Part shown: positions 20,401 to 29,900 of the stretch, one piece after another
Position numbering within the stretch: the first letter of the stretch is position 1
How the letters are laid out: every line of letters begins with the position of its first letter
DNA from: an uncultured bacterium
Lineage (GTDB): Bacteria > Oederibacteriota > PGYV01 > CAWJRG01
Assembly: GCA_963845185.1 (NCBI GenBank)
Contig: CAWJRG010000010.1
Span: 192,001 to 256,000 of the forward strand
Direction: 5' to 3'
DNA length: 64,000 nucleotides
Notes under the pieces: generated by a model
What the model saw: the letters and a program-made list of their open reading frames with translations, nothing else
Databases searched by the model: none
What the model was told of the DNA's origin: nothing
Program-made: the position numbers and the translations under genes

Positions 20401-22239
20401 GCCCATTACAGGGCTGTACTGGTCGCGCGTAAACGCGCTTAAATTTATTACTATATTCTGCCACCCTCCGGTGGTTGTTATCGGGTTTGGCCTGTCGGAC
20501 CATGTCTCGCCGTCAGCTCCGTTTGCCGTTGCTTCAACTATTTCTATGAAAAACGAAGTGCCAGCGGGCGCGTTTATCCAGAAACTAAGTGCGGTCGCGC
20601 CTGTATAATTCCTCCAGTCCTGCGGCCCCGAGTAAGGCGAGTCAATGTAAAACAATGACCAGCCCGTGCCTGTTGTGGATACCTGCATATCCCTTGCTCC
20701 GGCATGCGGCGTGACATTTGTGTTTGTCACTGCCACAGTCGAGCCTCCTCCGGGATTTGTTAGTGGGTTTCTTAGTGCCCCTGTCTCAAAGTCGTCGAAT
20801 ATACCTGGTGGGGGCGTATTTGTCGGTGTCGGCGACGGCCCGTATGTAACCGTACTTGTTACAGTTGGCGTTGGATAGTTTCCTAAAGGGTTTGGTTCGT
20901 TGCCGGAGAGTATGAGCAGGTACTGCATTTTTAAAATATCGCAGAAATAATCCGTACCCCAGTCAACTCCTGTTTCAGTCAACTGGCCCGAGCCTGTGCC
21001 CGCGTTCATGGTAACAAGTACATAATAGCAGTTATTGAGCCATGTCTGGTCTCCCTCGACCATGGCGGCAATCGCGACCGCTCCCTCCGGCCCCGGCAGG
21101 TTCATGGCGTCCTCGACCCCCAGGTCCGGAGTCCTGTCGCCCCGGTTATATGTCTTTGCCGTGCCGTCAAGCGTGTAATGTGAAAGTATTTGCGAGGCGT
21201 CGCCGTTGTATTTTGTCTGAAAAAAAGTCGAAACCCTTACGTTATTATCGTATGCAAGCTGGCCGTTTAGCGTGCCGTACAGCAGGTAATCGTAGCTTTG
21301 TCTCCACGCGTGGCGTATCGCATCCCACCACCATGTGCTGGGATCCATTGACCATGCGCCCGGGTTATTCGGGGTGCCGTCATAATTGCACCAGTTCGGC
21401 ATAAGCCCTGTGTTCATATTGAGCGCGGAATTAAGCGTGGAACTCATGCCGCCGCCGGCAAAATAATAGTTCACTATTGTCTGGTAAGTATGGGACGCTA
21501 CAGAATACCATGTAGTGGTGCCCGTGTAATCCCCGAACATCCTGTATTCGTACGGCGCGAAATACGATATATTGGCCGCATCCCAGCCGTCGCCCGGCCT
21601 GATGTCGTATGTGGCGTTGATTTCGTTCGAAAGTATCCTGCCTATAATGGCAGTTGCTTCAGTCTTGTAGTTAATCGCGCCCGCAGAGCCCCATTGCTTG
21701 TCTGCCGCCACAAGCGCAAAAGCTACGTCTTCATCCGCGTCTGTCGCTGAGCCGCCGCTTGTACAGTAAGGCTCCTGCCAGTTCATCAGCCCGTTTCCGT
21801 CTTCATGGTCCTTGTAGTATGTGTACAAACCGTCAAAATATGTTTCTGTATTGTTTGTAGCGGATGACATGAAAACCATTATCACCATGGCGTAACCTAT
21901 CCCCTCGCTGACAGTGTCGTTTTCCGCCGGAGCCGTGGCGAACCCGGAGCACCCGTTTGTAATGTAATTGCCCGTCTCGGTCCTTTGCAGGCGCCACTCG
22001 CTTCCCGTGCAGTTATTCTGCGTTACATATTTCGCCTTCCACAAATTAAACCAGTTCAGGCAGAACTGGTTCATCTGCGCGTTTGTATAATTATTCGGCT
22101 TTATGCCGTAAGGGTAGTTTGTGTTCTGCGGAAAAGGAAAATTGCATGTATCTGCATATGCAGCAGGAATCAGGGTTATCATGATAAATAACAATATGCT
22201 GTATCGTAAAACTTTTAATTTTGCAGGGCTAAACTTCAT
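17428..22239 (-). CDS. Secreted GH8 glycoside hydrolase + CBM11/CIA30-like + malectin + ~600-aa Thr-rich linker + type-1 CTD
   Basis: DTVSEGIGY, SATDADEDVAFAL, WDAIRHAWR (GH8); AIRVNCGG..LYQTER..VTLKFAE..RIFSV (malectin); YPNP..SSGTYYYV..IILK tail. Confidence 0.88.
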   Translation of the reverse strand: MKFSPAKLKVLRYSILLFIMITLIPAAYADTCNFPFPQNTNYPYGIKPNNYTNAQMNQFCLNWFNLWKAKYVTQNNCTGSEWRLQRTETGNYITNGCSGFATAPAENDTVSEGIGYAMVIMVFMSSATNNTETYFDGLYTYYKDHEDGNGLMNWQEPYCTSGGSATDADEDVAFALVAADKQWGSAGAINYKTEATAIIGRILSNEINATYDIRPGDGWDAANISYFAPYEYRMFGDYTGTTTWYSVASHTYQTIVNYYFAGGGMSSTLNSALNMNTGLMPNWCNYDGTPNNPGAWSMDPSTWWWDAIRHAWRQSYDYLLYGTLNGQLAYDNNVRVSTFFQTKYNGDASQILSHYTLDGTAKTYNRGDRTPDLGVEDAMNLPGPEGAVAIAAMVEGDQTWLNNCYYVLVTMNAGTGSGQLTETGVDWGTDYFCDILKMQYLLILSGNEPNPLGNYPTPTVTSTVTYGPSPTPTNTPPPGIFDDFETGALRNPLTNPGGGSTVAVTNTNVTPHAGARDMQVSTTGTGWSLFYIDSPYSGPQDWRNYTGATALSFWINAPAGTSFFIEIVEATANGADGETWSDRPNPITTTGGWQNIVINLSAFTRDQYSPVMGNNTFDLKAIQSVGFQFDNPGTKTIYFDDIWFTGALPAYTMTSTVTATRTKVSVYSPTITPVVSATPSRTITLTSTISPVLSATQSPTITPTVTITPTPAITAIRVNCGGPAYVDAAGNTWNADQAYTTGGWGYTAGATANRGAIAIGGTTDPTLYQTERNGAFSYEFDIPNGTYQVTLKFAETYFTSSGSRIFSVTAQGVTVVNNLDIYAKVGSDYAFDVTFTASVTSAQLIMTWSASVNNGLINAIQILPLLPTPTNTPTITNTATRTLTASYTQTATVTRTSSPTMTATPSMTGTATGTRSPSPSATATPSETITATNSQTTSPTLTISGTTTPTITATRTNTLTWTLTATPSATNSQTLTQTLTISGTITPTITATRTNTPTWTPSASPTATLTLTGTSSATPSATVTATQTLTISGTTTPTITATRTNTPTWTPSVSSTATLTLTGTSSATPSATPSLTVTATGTKTLTITLTFTCTVTSTPSYSPTPTSTITRTNTMTASPTLTSTLTYSATPTLTATATTTETYTPIVSATPTYTITMTPTNIVLSWTITPTHTITPTATPTWSNTPSFTVTGTNTPTWSPSATTTDTPTATPTWTPSASPTKTATATFTGTATNSASPTFSITLTYTATVTPTFTASPSATATATATWTLTASQTPTYTITMTFTVVILSATNTPTFTATGTNTPTRTITFSCTQTATATSTATLTYTPSPSMTFTTTPSDTATVTLTYSVTPTLTATGTTTETDTPIVSATPTYTITMSPTNIILSWTITPTLTITLTATATSSVTPSFTASPTLTMSESPTQTVTVSFTGTATNTLSPTFSLTVTGTMTITATLTLSPAMTATFTNSQTPQIPSATSTATASATWTVVSATLTATATPPQTKPKPYPNPINPGKIPYLTISYNFTQGIDRVTVKIYTVSYRLVKQYVFEEAQLQQIIMQGYVRCDATQIQGLSSGTYYYVIITDNNGKTQMSQADKLIILK
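19028..19320. repeat. 150-bp-period tandem duplication in the Thr-rich linker
   Basis: 19028-19170 and 19178-19320 are near-identical (encode TPTITATRTNTPTWTPS.S.TATLTLTGTSSATPSA). Confidence 0.8.
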
Positions 22240-22285
22240 TTTTTTTTCCTTTAAATGAGTGTGTTAACCGGTTAAATCAGTAGTA

Positions 22286-22314
22286 ATTATACCCTAATTT
22301 GCTGCAGATTTCAA
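22286..22314 (-). promoter_or_regulatory. sigma70-type promoter of the GH8/GH-A gene pair
   Basis: TTGAAA-N17-TATAAT. Confidence 0.6.
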
Positions 22315-22346
22315 TATGATAGGTGTTTTCGGTGCTATATAAAAAA

Positions 22347-22500
22347 GTGTGTGATTTTAAATTATTATCTAAAAGGAATTTTCCCTCTCCCTTGACGGGA
22401 GAGGGTAGGGTGAGGGTGGAGATTTTATAGTTTCTCCGCCCCCTCACTCTGACTCTCTCCCGCAAGGGGAGAGAGATTATTTGTTTTTAAAATTACACAC
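22347..22500. mobile_element. MITE-like element E, copy 1 (TIRs around an inverted BoxC-like doublet)
   Basis: Terminal IR GTGTGTGATTTTAAA / TTTAAAATTACACAC; internal arms CCCTCTCCCTTGACGGGAGAGGGtaGGGTGAGGG and CCCTCACTCTGACTCTCTCCCGCAAGGGGAGAGAG; inverted homologue at 26578-26803. Confidence 0.7.
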
Positions 22501-22583
22501 AAATACAGCAATTACGATGTTTTTCCAGCCCTTTTTAGTCCTTCCACTCCCCCCTTACCCCTTACCACTTCCCCCTGTTATTC

Positions 22584-23372
22584 CTATCTCGCCCGTTTCA
22601 GCAATGTCTTCAGCAAATGGATTTTTCCCATGCCAAGCTTTTCCATTACTTTTACTTCGGTCATGAAAACGTACATGGATGAAATTACATGGTAAGCAAA
22701 CCCCTGCCAGCCGTCCAGGAACCCGAGCTTGAAAATATAGTGTTTTAAAAAATAAAGCTTCGGCTTTATCAGCGCCGAATAGCCTGTCGGGAAATAGCCC
22801 TTTTCAAAAAGCCTTTTTGCCTCAAGCTCAGTGTATTTGTTTATGAACTCTATATGCTCGTGGATGCTGTCTTTCGTATAGTGGATTACAGGGTTTTTCA
22901 GGATTCCAGTATCGCCTTTTACGTTCACGCACTCGTGCACTTCTGTTTCGTCATATTTCCCTGCCTGCTTTTTGAAAAGCCTGAGCTGGTGGTCAGGGTA
23001 TATCCCTCCGAAACGCAGCCACCTGCCGTAATACATGTTTTTCCTGGCAATAAAAAACCCGTTCTTGCCATCGCCTGATTCCGGGATTTTTTTTATCTCG
23101 TCTGCCAGTTCATCGGTCATTATTTCGTCAGCGTCAAGGCTCAAAACCCATTCATTTTTGGCTTTCGCTATGCCGAAATTCTTCTGCCTGGCGTAGGTGT
23201 CCCATTCCCTGGAAAATACCTTTGCGCCGTATTGCTTTGCTATTTTTATGGTATCGTCCGTGCTGCCGCTGTCTATGACGATAATCTCGTCCAGCCATTG
23301 CAGGCAGTAAAGGCACCTTGCAATTATTTTTTCCTCGTCTTTTGTTATTATGACCGCCGATATTTTTTGCAT
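22584..23372 (-). CDS. GT2 glycosyltransferase (WaaE/KdtX-like)
   Basis: ISAVIITKDEE, IDSGSTD, SLDADE, YPDHQLRLF, VHE, LGFLDG. Confidence 0.88.
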   Translation of the reverse strand: MQKISAVIITKDEEKIIARCLYCLQWLDEIIVIDSGSTDDTIKIAKQYGAKVFSREWDTYARQKNFGIAKAKNEWVLSLDADEIMTDELADEIKKIPESGDGKNGFFIARKNMYYGRWLRFGGIYPDHQLRLFKKQAGKYDETEVHECVNVKGDTGILKNPVIHYTKDSIHEHIEFINKYTELEAKRLFEKGYFPTGYSALIKPKLYFLKHYIFKLGFLDGWQGFAYHVISSMYVFMTEVKVMEKLGMGKIHLLKTLLKRAR

Positions 23373-23381
23373 ATTGCTCCT

Positions 23382-23771
23382 TCAAACTTTTATCACTTTA
23401 CTACCCTCTCCCTCTTTGGGCGGGAGAGGGCCGGGGTGAGGGTTTATATTTTGCCTTATAACCTCAAGAACTCCTTCTATGTTTCCAAGAACATCATTAT
23501 TCCAGAATCTGAGTACCTTGAATTTTTGTTCTTTCAAATATTTATCTCTTATTTTATCTTTTTTTCTATTTATAGAATGTTGCCCGCCGTCAAGTTCAAT
23601 TATTAATCCTTTTTCAAAACAAATAAAATCGACTATATATTTATCAATGGGCTGTTGCCTTTTGAATTTTATTCCAAAAAATCTTTTGCCCCGTAATTGC
23701 AACCACAGCGCTTTTTCAGTATTTGTTTGATTTTTTCTTAAATTTCTTGCTAGTGTTACAATTTTTTTCAT
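23382..23771 (-). CDS. DUF559 (YcjD/Vsr-like) endonuclease-domain protein
   Basis: ARNLRKNQT..E..LW..LR, FKRQQPI..YIVDF.C, IELDGGQH, RD..L..VLRFWN. The C-terminus PHPGPLPPKEGEG is encoded by a BoxC-like repeat. Confidence 0.88.
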   Translation of the reverse strand: MKKIVTLARNLRKNQTNTEKALWLQLRGKRFFGIKFKRQQPIDKYIVDFICFEKGLIIELDGGQHSINRKKDKIRDKYLKEQKFKVLRFWNNDVLGNIEGVLEVIRQNINPHPGPLPPKEGEGSKVIKV

Positions 23772-23887
23772 AAGTTACTTGCCCCACCCTCTCTCTGGCT
23801 TTCCCCCGTCAAGGGGGAGAGAATTCTTTATATTTGTTTTCATACTTCCCTCTCCTTCTTTTTGCGGGTGAGGGCCAAGGTGAGGGT
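23403..23887. repeat. Three BoxC-like purine/pyrimidine hairpin repeats around the DUF559 gene (23403-23443, ~23781-23822, 23848-23887)
   Basis: CCCTCTCCC...GGGAGAGGGccGGGGTGAGGG motif and its inverse. Confidence 0.75.
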
Positions 23888-26482
23888 TTACTTATTCCTG
23901 AGCACGATGAAACTGCCTATTTTCCTGTGCACGACGTTATTCATATCCGTTGCCTCTATGACGTAATAATAAGTCCCGCTCGCCAGGGTTGTTGTCGCAG
24001 ATAAAACATCAGTGCCTGCCTGCGTGTGGATGTCCGGCTCGGCGTAAGTAACCTTGAAAATCAGCCTGTAAGACTGCGTGAACGCCTTTATCGTCACCTG
24101 CTCGGCATTCGCGGTCAGGTTGTAGCTGATGTTTATCACGCTGCCGTTGCTCGGGTTTGGATAAACTTTGTTGTTGGTTATCTGGAACGTTGTAGGCGTC
24201 GGCGTCCATAATGCCGCCGTGGCTGTCACTGTGGGCTGCAAGGTATTTGTAATGGTAAAAGTCGGCGTGACCGTGTAAGTCGCGGTTAACGACGGTGTAA
24301 TTGTCACTGTCGCGCTGTTTGTCAGGGTAGGTGTTATTGTAAGCGTCGCTGTAATCGTGTAGGTCGCGGTTATTGAAGAAGAAGGCGTTATTGTCGGGGT
24401 ATTTGTTTGGGTAAACATAATTGTCATTGTTGATGTCGGCGTAACAGATGGCGTAGGTGTCGGCCTTATATGCTGGCAAATATCCAGCCCGCCTGTGCCG
24501 TCAGCGACATAAATAGTCTGCCCGTCGCTTGTGTAAACCCCGTACGCTGTGCCCGGCAGGGCTAAAGTTGCCGCCGGCACAGTAAGAGGCGAAGCTAAAT
24601 AATATGGATCGCTCGCGTCAAAAACAGAAAGTCCTGACGTATCGCACGCAACATACGCGTAATTTGTGTTATAAATTACGCCCCTTGCAGGCCCATTTGT
24701 TGCAGCCAGGCCGTAATACCCCTGCATTGTGGTTCCGGAAACATCCGCAACCCCCAGTCCCTGTATCGCATTCGTACCTGGATATTCAGCCAGATACGCT
24801 ATATTGTTATTTACATTTACGTTATATACTGAACCATCGCCATAAGCTGAAGTTATAATATTTGTAGCCAGTGCGGGTGCTGCCGGGTTGCTTACGTCAA
24901 TAATATCCAGTCCTCCGGCACCATCCGCAATGTAAGCATAATTGCCTATAGCATTGACTTTCCGCATTACACCGCCGTCGTTTGGATACATGTTCGGCTG
25001 CAATATGGCCGCAAGCGGGTTTGTGACATCAAAAATTTCCATGCCTCCCATTGCGGCGTCATAAGCATCAACCACATATACGTAGTTGCCCTGTTTGTCA
25101 ACCCCCTGGGCAGCATCGGGCACGGCATATCCTGTGACATACGCCGGCATATAAGGATTACTCACATCCGCCACAACCAGCCCGCCTGACCCGTTGGCAA
25201 TATATGCATAATTATTTGCGGTATCAAGATATAAATCATACGCGCCCGGCATCGCGCCTGACGGCAAATCAAGGCTGCCCGCAAATAAAGGGTCAGCCGG
25301 ATTAGTTACGTCAAGCACCAATAAACCAATTGGACCGCCGGCTATGTACGCGTAATTGCCTGATTCTTTGACAGACAGCGCTGTCGTGGGATCGTATAAA
25401 TCAAAATACGAACCATCAAATACAGGCGAGTTTAAAGTTGATACGTCAATTTCCCCTACTCCTGTATAATTCTCGGATACATAAACCGTATTGTTGTTTT
25501 TCACGCAGGCGCTTGCAAGGCCGTCTGTTGGGCATGATGTAACTGAAGCCGGTAAATGGGGATTTAATGATATATCCATTATTTCCACGCCGTTGGCATC
25601 TTCGGATAAATATAAATCATTGCCGTAATTTTTCAAATCATAAACAGGCCCTAAAGCGGGAACTGATGCTATATATTCAGGCGTAGAAGCCTTCGAAACA
25701 TCAACAACTTCAACCTGGCCCTGCGCATAATTGTTTAATTCCCCGAGATAAGCCAGGTTATTTACAACGGTTATGCAGCTGATATAAAAAGTATTATCAT
25801 TCGGATAATACAGTCCTGTGTGTGTCGTAGCTGCATTCGGCGGGGATACATTGATAATCTGCATTGCTGTTTCATCGGACAAATACGCGTAATTATTGCC
25901 GTCCGAAGCGTTCCCGCTCACATATACGGCTGCCGAATAAAGCGTGGTAGGCACATCCGCCACTTCATTCGGTGCTGTCGTTGGCAGAGTTGAAATATCC
26001 GCTATTATTAAACCGGCGCTGTTGCAAGCAAGATACATATAATTTCCCGAAACAAAAATTCTATCCACATATGTCGACTGACCTGTTGTAAGGTTTATTG
26101 GGGTAAAAGTAGTTACATAGCTTACAGAAGTGGGATTGCTTATATTGTATATTTCAACTGCGTTATTATAATAGTCGGAAACATATAAATAATTCCCGCT
26201 CGCGCACAAATCATAAACAAAATCGCTGTTATTAAGAGAAAAATTATCAACAACCCTGTTCTGTCTGGCATCATTATTGGTATCAACCACAAATATTCCG
26301 TTGCCGGCTGCTGTATATAAATATCCATTCGAATCTAAGTCGCAGCTGAGATTGGGAAGTGCCTGCGATGACCCCTGGATATAATTTGTTATGTCCCATA
26401 TCCCCAGCAAATTCAGTGTATCGGCCTTAATTAAAAAACAAAAAGAAAAAATTAAAATTCCCGAAAGAATAATTTTTTTCAT
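23888..26482 (-). CDS. Secreted LVIVD-repeat (beta-propeller) protein + Thr-rich linker + type-1 CTD
   Basis: Many GNYAY(I/V)A..GL.I.DVSNP repeats; signal peptide; VYPNP..LASGTYYYVIE..IVLRNK tail. Confidence 0.85.
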   Translation of the reverse strand: MKKIILSGILIFSFCFLIKADTLNLLGIWDITNYIQGSSQALPNLSCDLDSNGYLYTAAGNGIFVVDTNNDARQNRVVDNFSLNNSDFVYDLCASGNYLYVSDYYNNAVEIYNISNPTSVSYVTTFTPINLTTGQSTYVDRIFVSGNYMYLACNSAGLIIADISTLPTTAPNEVADVPTTLYSAAVYVSGNASDGNNYAYLSDETAMQIINVSPPNAATTHTGLYYPNDNTFYISCITVVNNLAYLGELNNYAQGQVEVVDVSKASTPEYIASVPALGPVYDLKNYGNDLYLSEDANGVEIMDISLNPHLPASVTSCPTDGLASACVKNNNTVYVSENYTGVGEIDVSTLNSPVFDGSYFDLYDPTTALSVKESGNYAYIAGGPIGLLVLDVTNPADPLFAGSLDLPSGAMPGAYDLYLDTANNYAYIANGSGGLVVADVSNPYMPAYVTGYAVPDAAQGVDKQGNYVYVVDAYDAAMGGMEIFDVTNPLAAILQPNMYPNDGGVMRKVNAIGNYAYIADGAGGLDIIDVSNPAAPALATNIITSAYGDGSVYNVNVNNNIAYLAEYPGTNAIQGLGVADVSGTTMQGYYGLAATNGPARGVIYNTNYAYVACDTSGLSVFDASDPYYLASPLTVPAATLALPGTAYGVYTSDGQTIYVADGTGGLDICQHIRPTPTPSVTPTSTMTIMFTQTNTPTITPSSSITATYTITATLTITPTLTNSATVTITPSLTATYTVTPTFTITNTLQPTVTATAALWTPTPTTFQITNNKVYPNPSNGSVINISYNLTANAEQVTIKAFTQSYRLIFKVTYAEPDIHTQAGTDVLSATTTLASGTYYYVIEATDMNNVVHRKIGSFIVLRNK

Positions 26483-26516
26483 AATCAGCCTCTTTTCTTT
26501 AATTTGATATATATAA

Positions 26517-26545
26517 AGTATAAATTAAAACCTGTGCAATGTCAA
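26517..26545 (-). promoter_or_regulatory. sigma70 promoter of the LVIVD gene
   Basis: TTGACA-N17-TATACT. Confidence 0.65.
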
Positions 26546-26577
26546 TAAAACTGCAATATTTGGTTGTGTACACTATT

Positions 26578-26803
26578 GTGTGTAATTTCAAAACCAAACA
26601 GACTCTCGCCCCTTGTTGAGTTAAATAGTCTGGTAGACTATTTAACGGGTAGAAGTCATTTATAATTTAAAATATGCTTTTCTACCCAAGAGTAAGAGAG
26701 AGGGGGCGGAGGAAATATAGGAATTATCACCCTCACCCTGACCCTCTCCCGTCAAGGGAGAGGGGTTTCTCTTTCTAATTATAATAGAATTGAAATTACA
26801 CAC
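26578..26803. mobile_element. MITE-like element E, copy 2 (inverted), with element C inserted at 26619-26687
   Basis: Perfect 14-bp TIR GTGTGTAATTTCAA / TTGAAATTACACAC. The reverse complement aligns with 22347-22500 apart from the ~69-bp C insert. Confidence 0.7.
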
Positions 26804-26842
26804 TAATAACGACAGTATCGCAATATTTCAGGATTTTTCATT

Positions 26843-26870
26843 GTAGAGACACGCCATGGCGTGTCTCTAC
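26843..26870. repeat. GTAG-type REP palindrome
   Basis: Perfect 28-bp palindrome GTAGAGACACGCCATGGCGTGTCTCTAC. Confidence 0.7.
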
Positions 26871-26939
26871 TTCATTTTGTTGAATATTAGACAACGAAAA
26901 CGGTTAAAAGTTGCGTAATCCCCCTTACTTATAAAAATC

Positions 26940-26970
26940 AAAAACCCGCAGCTAAAACGAGCTGCGGGTT
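26940..26970 (-). terminator. Intrinsic terminator after the 27000-30560 gene
   Basis: Minus strand AACCCGCAGCT-loop-AGCTGCGGGTTTTT. Confidence 0.7.
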
Positions 26971-26999
26971 ATGGCCTTTACCCTCTTTCCTCTCCTGAG

Positions 27000-29900
27000 T
27001 TATCTCAATATTATAATTGTATCCGGCTCGGAAATTTCCGTTTTGCCGTTGTTATCCGTTAAAATCACATAATAATATGTCCCGTCGCTTAAGTCGTTAA
27101 GCTCTCCCGGTTCAAAGTTCAAATAGCCCTGTGTTATTATCTGCTGCATTTGGGCTCCGTCGAAAACAAATTGTTTCACCAGCCTGAAAGATACTGTATA
27201 TATTTTTACAGTCACCCTGTCAGTTCCCTGGGTAAAATAATAAAGGATTGTCAATCCCGGCCATTTGCCCGGATTTACAGGATTGGGATACGGCCTCGGC
27301 TTTTTATGAGGCGGCGCGGGAGTCGCGGTTGGCGTAACCTGCTGGATATTAAGCGTTGGTGTGCTGGTCGCGCCTGCAATTTGCTGAGTCTGGCTGGCTG
27401 TCGGCGTGATAGTCACTGTCAGGCTCGGGGTCAATGTCATGGTCGCCGTGTATGTATATGTCGGTGTAACTGTAAATGTACTTGTCGAACTTGGGCATAT
27501 ATGATTTACGTTTATTGTATTCGAGTTAACTGTAACCCCCGCATATGAAATGCTTGCCGTATTCGGCCATGTCATGCACCAGTATTGGGAACTCAGGTAA
27601 TAATTCTCGACTGTATATGTAAAATCCTGGCAGGAGTTTGCCGCAAAACCACTTGGCCATGTCAGAGAAAAATTAAAACTGCCGTTTGATTCATTTGGCC
27701 CCATGCTTCCGTTGGATACGCCATATGGCCCTGAAAACTGGTCGTCAGCTGTACTATTCCACGAGTCTGTCAGTAAAACCTGGTTGACTGTATATCCGCC
27801 TGTGTTGCATATATGCAGGGCAAAAGTTATTATATTTGCCGCGTTTATATCCGTCATATCTGCGCTGCCCACTACAGTTTTATTTATTGTAAAAATCGGC
27901 GGCATCGACTGGGTAGTTGTCATTGTAGGCGTTTCAGTCGGCGTCGTTGAAGCTGTGCACCCGCAGGGTACTGTAGGAGTTATTGTATATGTCGGCGTAA
28001 CAGTCGGTGTATTTGTTAATGTTGATCCCGGCGGTACCTGGGTGAATGTCACAGTCGGTGTCGAGCACGCATCCTGCATAATGACCGTGGATACAGGCGA
28101 AGCAGCCTGCCCCGGGTAAATCAGCGAAGCGTTGTTGTTCCAGTTGCACGTGTTAATATGCTGGTTGTTTGTCAGCCACATCTGCCATGTATAGCATCCC
28201 ATAAATCCCCCGGGCGTAGGCACTATTGACACCGTGCTAATGCCATTGTTTGTGTTAACATTTATTGTTGATATTCCATTTGCGTTTATGTTTGTATTAT
28301 TATTCCAGTTAAACTGCCAGCCGTCTGCATTATCGCTCGACCAGTCGTCAATAATGGTAAAATTCTGTGTAGCTCCGCCGCTGTTGTTGCAGAACACAAG
28401 GTTGAATGTAACAATATCATTGGTAGTATTTATTATCGTTTTGCTGGATGTTTTGGATATTGTAAATGCCGGCGTTGTTGTCGGCGTCACTGTCGGCGAT
28501 ATGCAAATTATATTGAATACTGTTTGATTTGAAAATTCAGGTACAATATTTGTCGCGCCTATGCCGCCGACATTTGTAAAACTCTCGGCGCACGCTGACG
28601 TGGACGCCCACCATGTGTATGAGCCGCTTTGGTCGCTTATGTTGCCGAGTTGCCAGCTTACCGGGCTTGTTCCGCTCGCGCCAGGGCTTGACCCCTGATA
28701 TGTCAGGCCTGTCGGTACCGTGTCGTACAACACCGCGTTTGCCGCTACCCTCGGTACTAATATCATAAAATTATTATATGAGTCCTGTACCGTGCCATTG
28801 CCATCGCCAGACTGGTTACCTACTCCGGGCCTCCAATCAGTATATGTGCCTGTGCCTGAGCAGTTAAAGTTCGCGTTTGACGCTGCTCCTGTATCTGTCC
28901 ATGAAACCTGGTACCCTGCCGGCTCAGGCTGCCCGATTTGCCATACTTTTGCATTAAATATATAATCAGTTCCGTTTGTTGTCATATATGTCTTTGTCCT
29001 GTACCATGTATTTCCGGTTATTGTTTGCGAGCTTGAAGCTCCTCCATATATGCAGGCCATACCTCCTCCGCATCTCTGTATGGCCAAATATCCGTCCGAA
29101 GGTGCTGTATCCATTGATAAAATCAGACTGTAACCGTAATTATTAGCGCCTGTCTGTCCATTGTCCCTTAAAATCACCAGGCCGTCTGCTCCGGGATATG
29201 TGCCAGGGTTTATGAAAACATCTGCTTCAACAATGCCAGTGCATATCTGCACATTTGAAGGCGTAGGGTCATCAAGCAAAAGCGCCGGGTATGACGATGA
29301 CTGGCCAGCCCCAGTCAATATCCTGTCTCCTGAATTGCACGGGTCTGATATTGTCCATGTCCCATTGTCGGTATTATAAGGCATTAATTTCCACCCTGAC
29401 GGAGGCGTGGTTGAAGAAGTCCCTGTCGCTGTGTCGTCAAATGCCCTGTATACCTTGAGCTGGTCGCCGTTTACCTGGTAATTGAGATAATATGTTATCA
29501 TAACCGAAGAGCTTGGCAGTTTCATGAATGTGCTCACGCTCTCCAGTTTTTGCACTGATATTGCCGCCTGCCCAACTATCAAAGTTGCTGATGCGCTCGC
29601 GTTGGTACTACCGCTTGTCCCTGTTGCAGTGTTCGGTATTGACGTGCCTGACGCCATTGCCGTTGTCATCATCATCAATATCCATACTGTCCCTGACTTC
29701 ATATATGTCGATGTTGGAAACGTCCATGTTACTGTGCCTGTTGTGGCTCCTGCCACAGGTGCGCTCACGCTTCCACTGTTTATTGAGCTTGGCCCGACTG
29801 ATACCAGGGCAAGGCTTCCGCCTCCGGGCAGGGCATCCGTAATTGTAAGCGGCCCGTTGCCGTATGTGTAGTCTATTGAAAATAATACCAGGTCACCTAC

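Noticed and set aside
22277..22465. 62-aa ORF (MRERVRVRG...TLTLPSPVKGEG)
   Set aside because: It is a translation of the BoxC-like arms of element E and overlaps a promoter.
26870..27000. c-di-GMP or other riboswitch in the long intergenic regions (also 34450-34690)
   Set aside because: I could not find the conserved GEMM core; the hairpins are explained by terminators and REP-like repeats. An Rfam scan would be decisive.
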